From positions 46,562,001 to 46,626,000 of the forward strand of contig NC_082707.1 of assembly GCF_030144855.1 (NCBI RefSeq): a stretch of 64,000 bases of DNA. Direction: 5' to 3'. Numbering within the stretch: position 1 is the stretch's first letter; each line of letters opens with the position of its first letter. Shown piece by piece: positions 61,800 through 64,000 of the stretch. This DNA is from Hypanus sabinus (taxonomy: Eukaryota). The position numbers were made by a program, and so were the translations under genes. The notes below the pieces were generated by a model. That model did no database searches and was not told the origin of the DNA. It saw only the letters and a list, made by a program, of their open reading frames with translations.

Positions 61800-62670
61800 A
61801 ACGAACATCGAAAGTGATAGCGACGTTCAGGCTCTCGAAGTACGATGTAAATGGAAATTGCAAGGTAGGTAGGAGATGCCCAGGGAGTCCTCTCCACGGC
61901 AACCCCGCCTCAACAATTTGCCTTTAAGGAATTAGGATTCGGGGCGACTGTCGTCACGGTTCCAGCCGAAAGGGGAAGCAGGAAGGGATTGCAGCGCGGC
62001 GTCAAACTTTCGGCTCCATTCGGTGCCGAAGGGCCGGTTTTAGCTCTATTGTAGCAGTGGGAGCACCATGAGCAGCAGGGATCGCTATCGGAAGTTTACG
62101 TGAAAGAGAGTTTACGGAATGAAGGGGGTTCGTCATGTTTGAGGCAGTAATACCTGTCGAAGTTTACAACGAGGATGAAAGCTGGTGAACTGGGCAATCG
62201 GAGCAGTGCGGTTGAGCCTGGCTCGTCTCTCTTCTGGAACTGGAATTACTGGATCAACTGCTTTACCCACGACCAGGTCTGCATATCCTTCGCGCTCTGG
62301 GCTTTATCGCAGCTTTTTTGGGTGGTCGCCCACATTACGTAAGTAACCTAAAATTTAATGTTTTGAAGCAGTTATGATTTAGAAACAATACTCCTTTTTG
62401 TAAAATGGCAGTGGGGCGGAAGAGCGATTGTTGATATGGACGATCTCTGCTTTCAAAGGAGGTGAATGCGTGAACGAGTTTCGCTGCAACAATATTTGCA
62501 CCGACTGGGTCACGATCTGCCAGATTTTCCGCAAAGGGTAAGCAAACAGCCAATGAGCAACGTCTTGGGCAGACCAGGTCGCTCGCATGTCGGATGTTAG
62601 ACTCCTCATGCGGACGCTCAGAAACGGAAAGGGATTGTCAGAGGATGTTTTTACTGGCTTCGTCGCTGAC
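61800..62670 (+). promoter_or_regulatory. TMEM44 promoter/CpG island
   Basis: CpG-rich region with a GC box (CCCCGCC near 61902) surrounding exon 1. Confidence 0.5.
62175..62338 (+). CDS. TMEM44: Transmembrane protein 44, first coding exon (gene continues beyond window)
   Basis: MKAGELGNRSSAVEPGSSLFWNWNYWINCFTHDQVCISFALWALSQLFWVVAHI resembles the recalled TMEM44 N-terminus (LWDWDYLDRCF..H.VCISFGLW....CWIAAH); in-frame stop upstream at 62148; GTAAGT donor at 62339; CpG-rich context; synteny. Confidence 0.85.
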
Positions 62671-64000
62671 ATAAGACCATAAGATATAGGAGTGGAAGTA
62701 GGCAATTCGGCCATTCTTCCAGTCATTCCCACTCCCCTGCCTTCTCCCCATACCCTTTGATGCCCTGGCTAATCAAGAACCTAGCTATCTCTGCCTTAAA
62801 TACACACATTGACTTGGCCTCCACAGCTACTCATGGCAACAAATTCCACAGATCTACCACCCTCTGACTAAAGTCATTTCTCTACATCTCTATTCCAAAT
62901 GGACGTCCTTTAGTCCTAAAGTCGTGCCCTCTTGTCTTAGACTCCCCTACCATGGGAAATAACCTTGCCATATCTAATCTGTTCAGGCCTTTTAACATTC
63001 GGATTGAATCTATGAGATTCCCCCTCATTCTCCTGAACAGGGAATACAGCACAAGAGCTGCCAGACATTCCTCATACAGTAGCCTTTCATTCCTGGAAGC
63101 ATTCTCGTGAATCTTCTCTGAACCCTCTCCAATGTCAGTATATCCTTTCCAAAATAAGGAACCCTAAAATGCACACAATGCTCCAAGAGTGGTCTCACAA
63201 GTGCCTTATGGAGCCTTAACATCACATCTCTGCTCTTATATTCTGTACCTCTAGAAATGAATGTCAACATTGCAGTTGCCTTCTTCACCATTGACTCAAC
63301 CTGGAGGTTAACTTTTAGGGTATCCTGCACAACGATTCCCAATTCCCATTGCATCTCTCTCCATCTAAATAATAGTCTGCCCATTTATTTATTCCATCAA
63401 AGTGTATGACCATGCATTTTCCAACATTGTATTTCATTTACCACTTCTTTGCCCATTCCCCTAAACTATCTAAGTCTCTCTGCAGGCTCTATTTCCTCAA
63501 CACTACCCGCACCTTATCTTTGTATCATTGGCAAACTTAGTCACAAATCCATTAATCCCATAGTCCAAATCATTGACATATATCATAAAAAGCAGTGGTC
63601 CCAACACGGACTCCTGTGGAACTCCACTGGTAACCGGCAGCCAGACAGAATAGGATCTCTTTATTCCCACTCTCTGTTTTTTGCTAAATAGCCATTGCTC
63701 CACCCATTCTAGTAACTTCCCCATAATTCCATGGGCTCTTATCTTGCTAAGCAGCCTCATGCAATACCTTGTCAAAGGTCTTCACATCTATTGCATCTCC
63801 TGTCTACCCTGCTTGTAATTTCCTCAAAAAATTGCAGCAGATTAGTCAGGCAGAATTTTCCTTTCAGGAAACCATGCAGGGTTTGGCCTATCTTGTCATG
63901 TGCCTCCAGGTATTCCGTAAACTCATCCCTAACAATCTATTCCAACAAATTCCCAACCACTGATGTCAGGCTAACTAATCTATAGTTTCCTTTCTGCTGC
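62670..64000 (-). mobile_element. CR1 LINE (TMEM44 intron 1)
   Basis: VTSGVPQESVLGPLLFMIYVNDLD...KFANDTKI; LVRPLLEHCVHF...LERVQRRFTRM. Confidence 0.88.

Noticed and set aside
62068-62103. ATG at 62068 as the TMEM44 start
   Set aside because: Stops after 11 codons and is out of frame with the TMEM44-like sequence; treated as a uORF
62283-62290. ATATCCTT resembling a second U12 donor in TMEM44 exon 1
   Set aside because: Encodes the conserved CISF residues; the frame continues to a canonical GTAAGT donor at 62339
1-64000. CRISPR arrays, operons, rRNA/tRNA genes or other prokaryotic systems
   Set aside because: Sequence is vertebrate intron/exon DNA; no regularly spaced repeat-spacer array or intact structural RNA gene was seen

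Overview
Eukaryotic (vertebrate) genomic DNA, most likely a cartilaginous fish such as a ray; this is inferred from the repeat content (CR1, Rex1/Babar, Penelope-like elements, HE1/V-SINE-like heads). Three genes are present in the order and orientation I recall for human 3q29. FAM43A is a single-exon CDS on the - strand (11932-12999). LSG1 is divergent from it on the + strand: a complete 14-exon CDS (23564-53220, 648 aa) that splices in frame by hand. TMEM44 contributes its first coding exon (+, 62175-62338). The rest is introns, intergenic DNA and many decayed transposons. Most notable observations: (1) LSG1 intron 10 is a minor-spliceosome (U12) intron with apparent AT-AT termini; (2) a four-level nested transposon stack in intron 6 contains a Tigger element very similar to mammalian MER2 as I recall it (horizontal-transfer candidate); (3) Penelope-derived fold-back insertions carry minimal hammerhead-ribozyme cores, one with ~360-bp arms and a perfect 15-bp TSD; (4) a candidate 3'UTR intron in FAM43A; (5) a diverged duplicated non-coding element with RBPJ/SOX-like motifs and a CTCF site between FAM43A and LSG1. 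No prokaryotic systems were seen. All homology calls are from memory, not database searches, and repeat boundaries are approximate unless TSD/TIR evidence is given.
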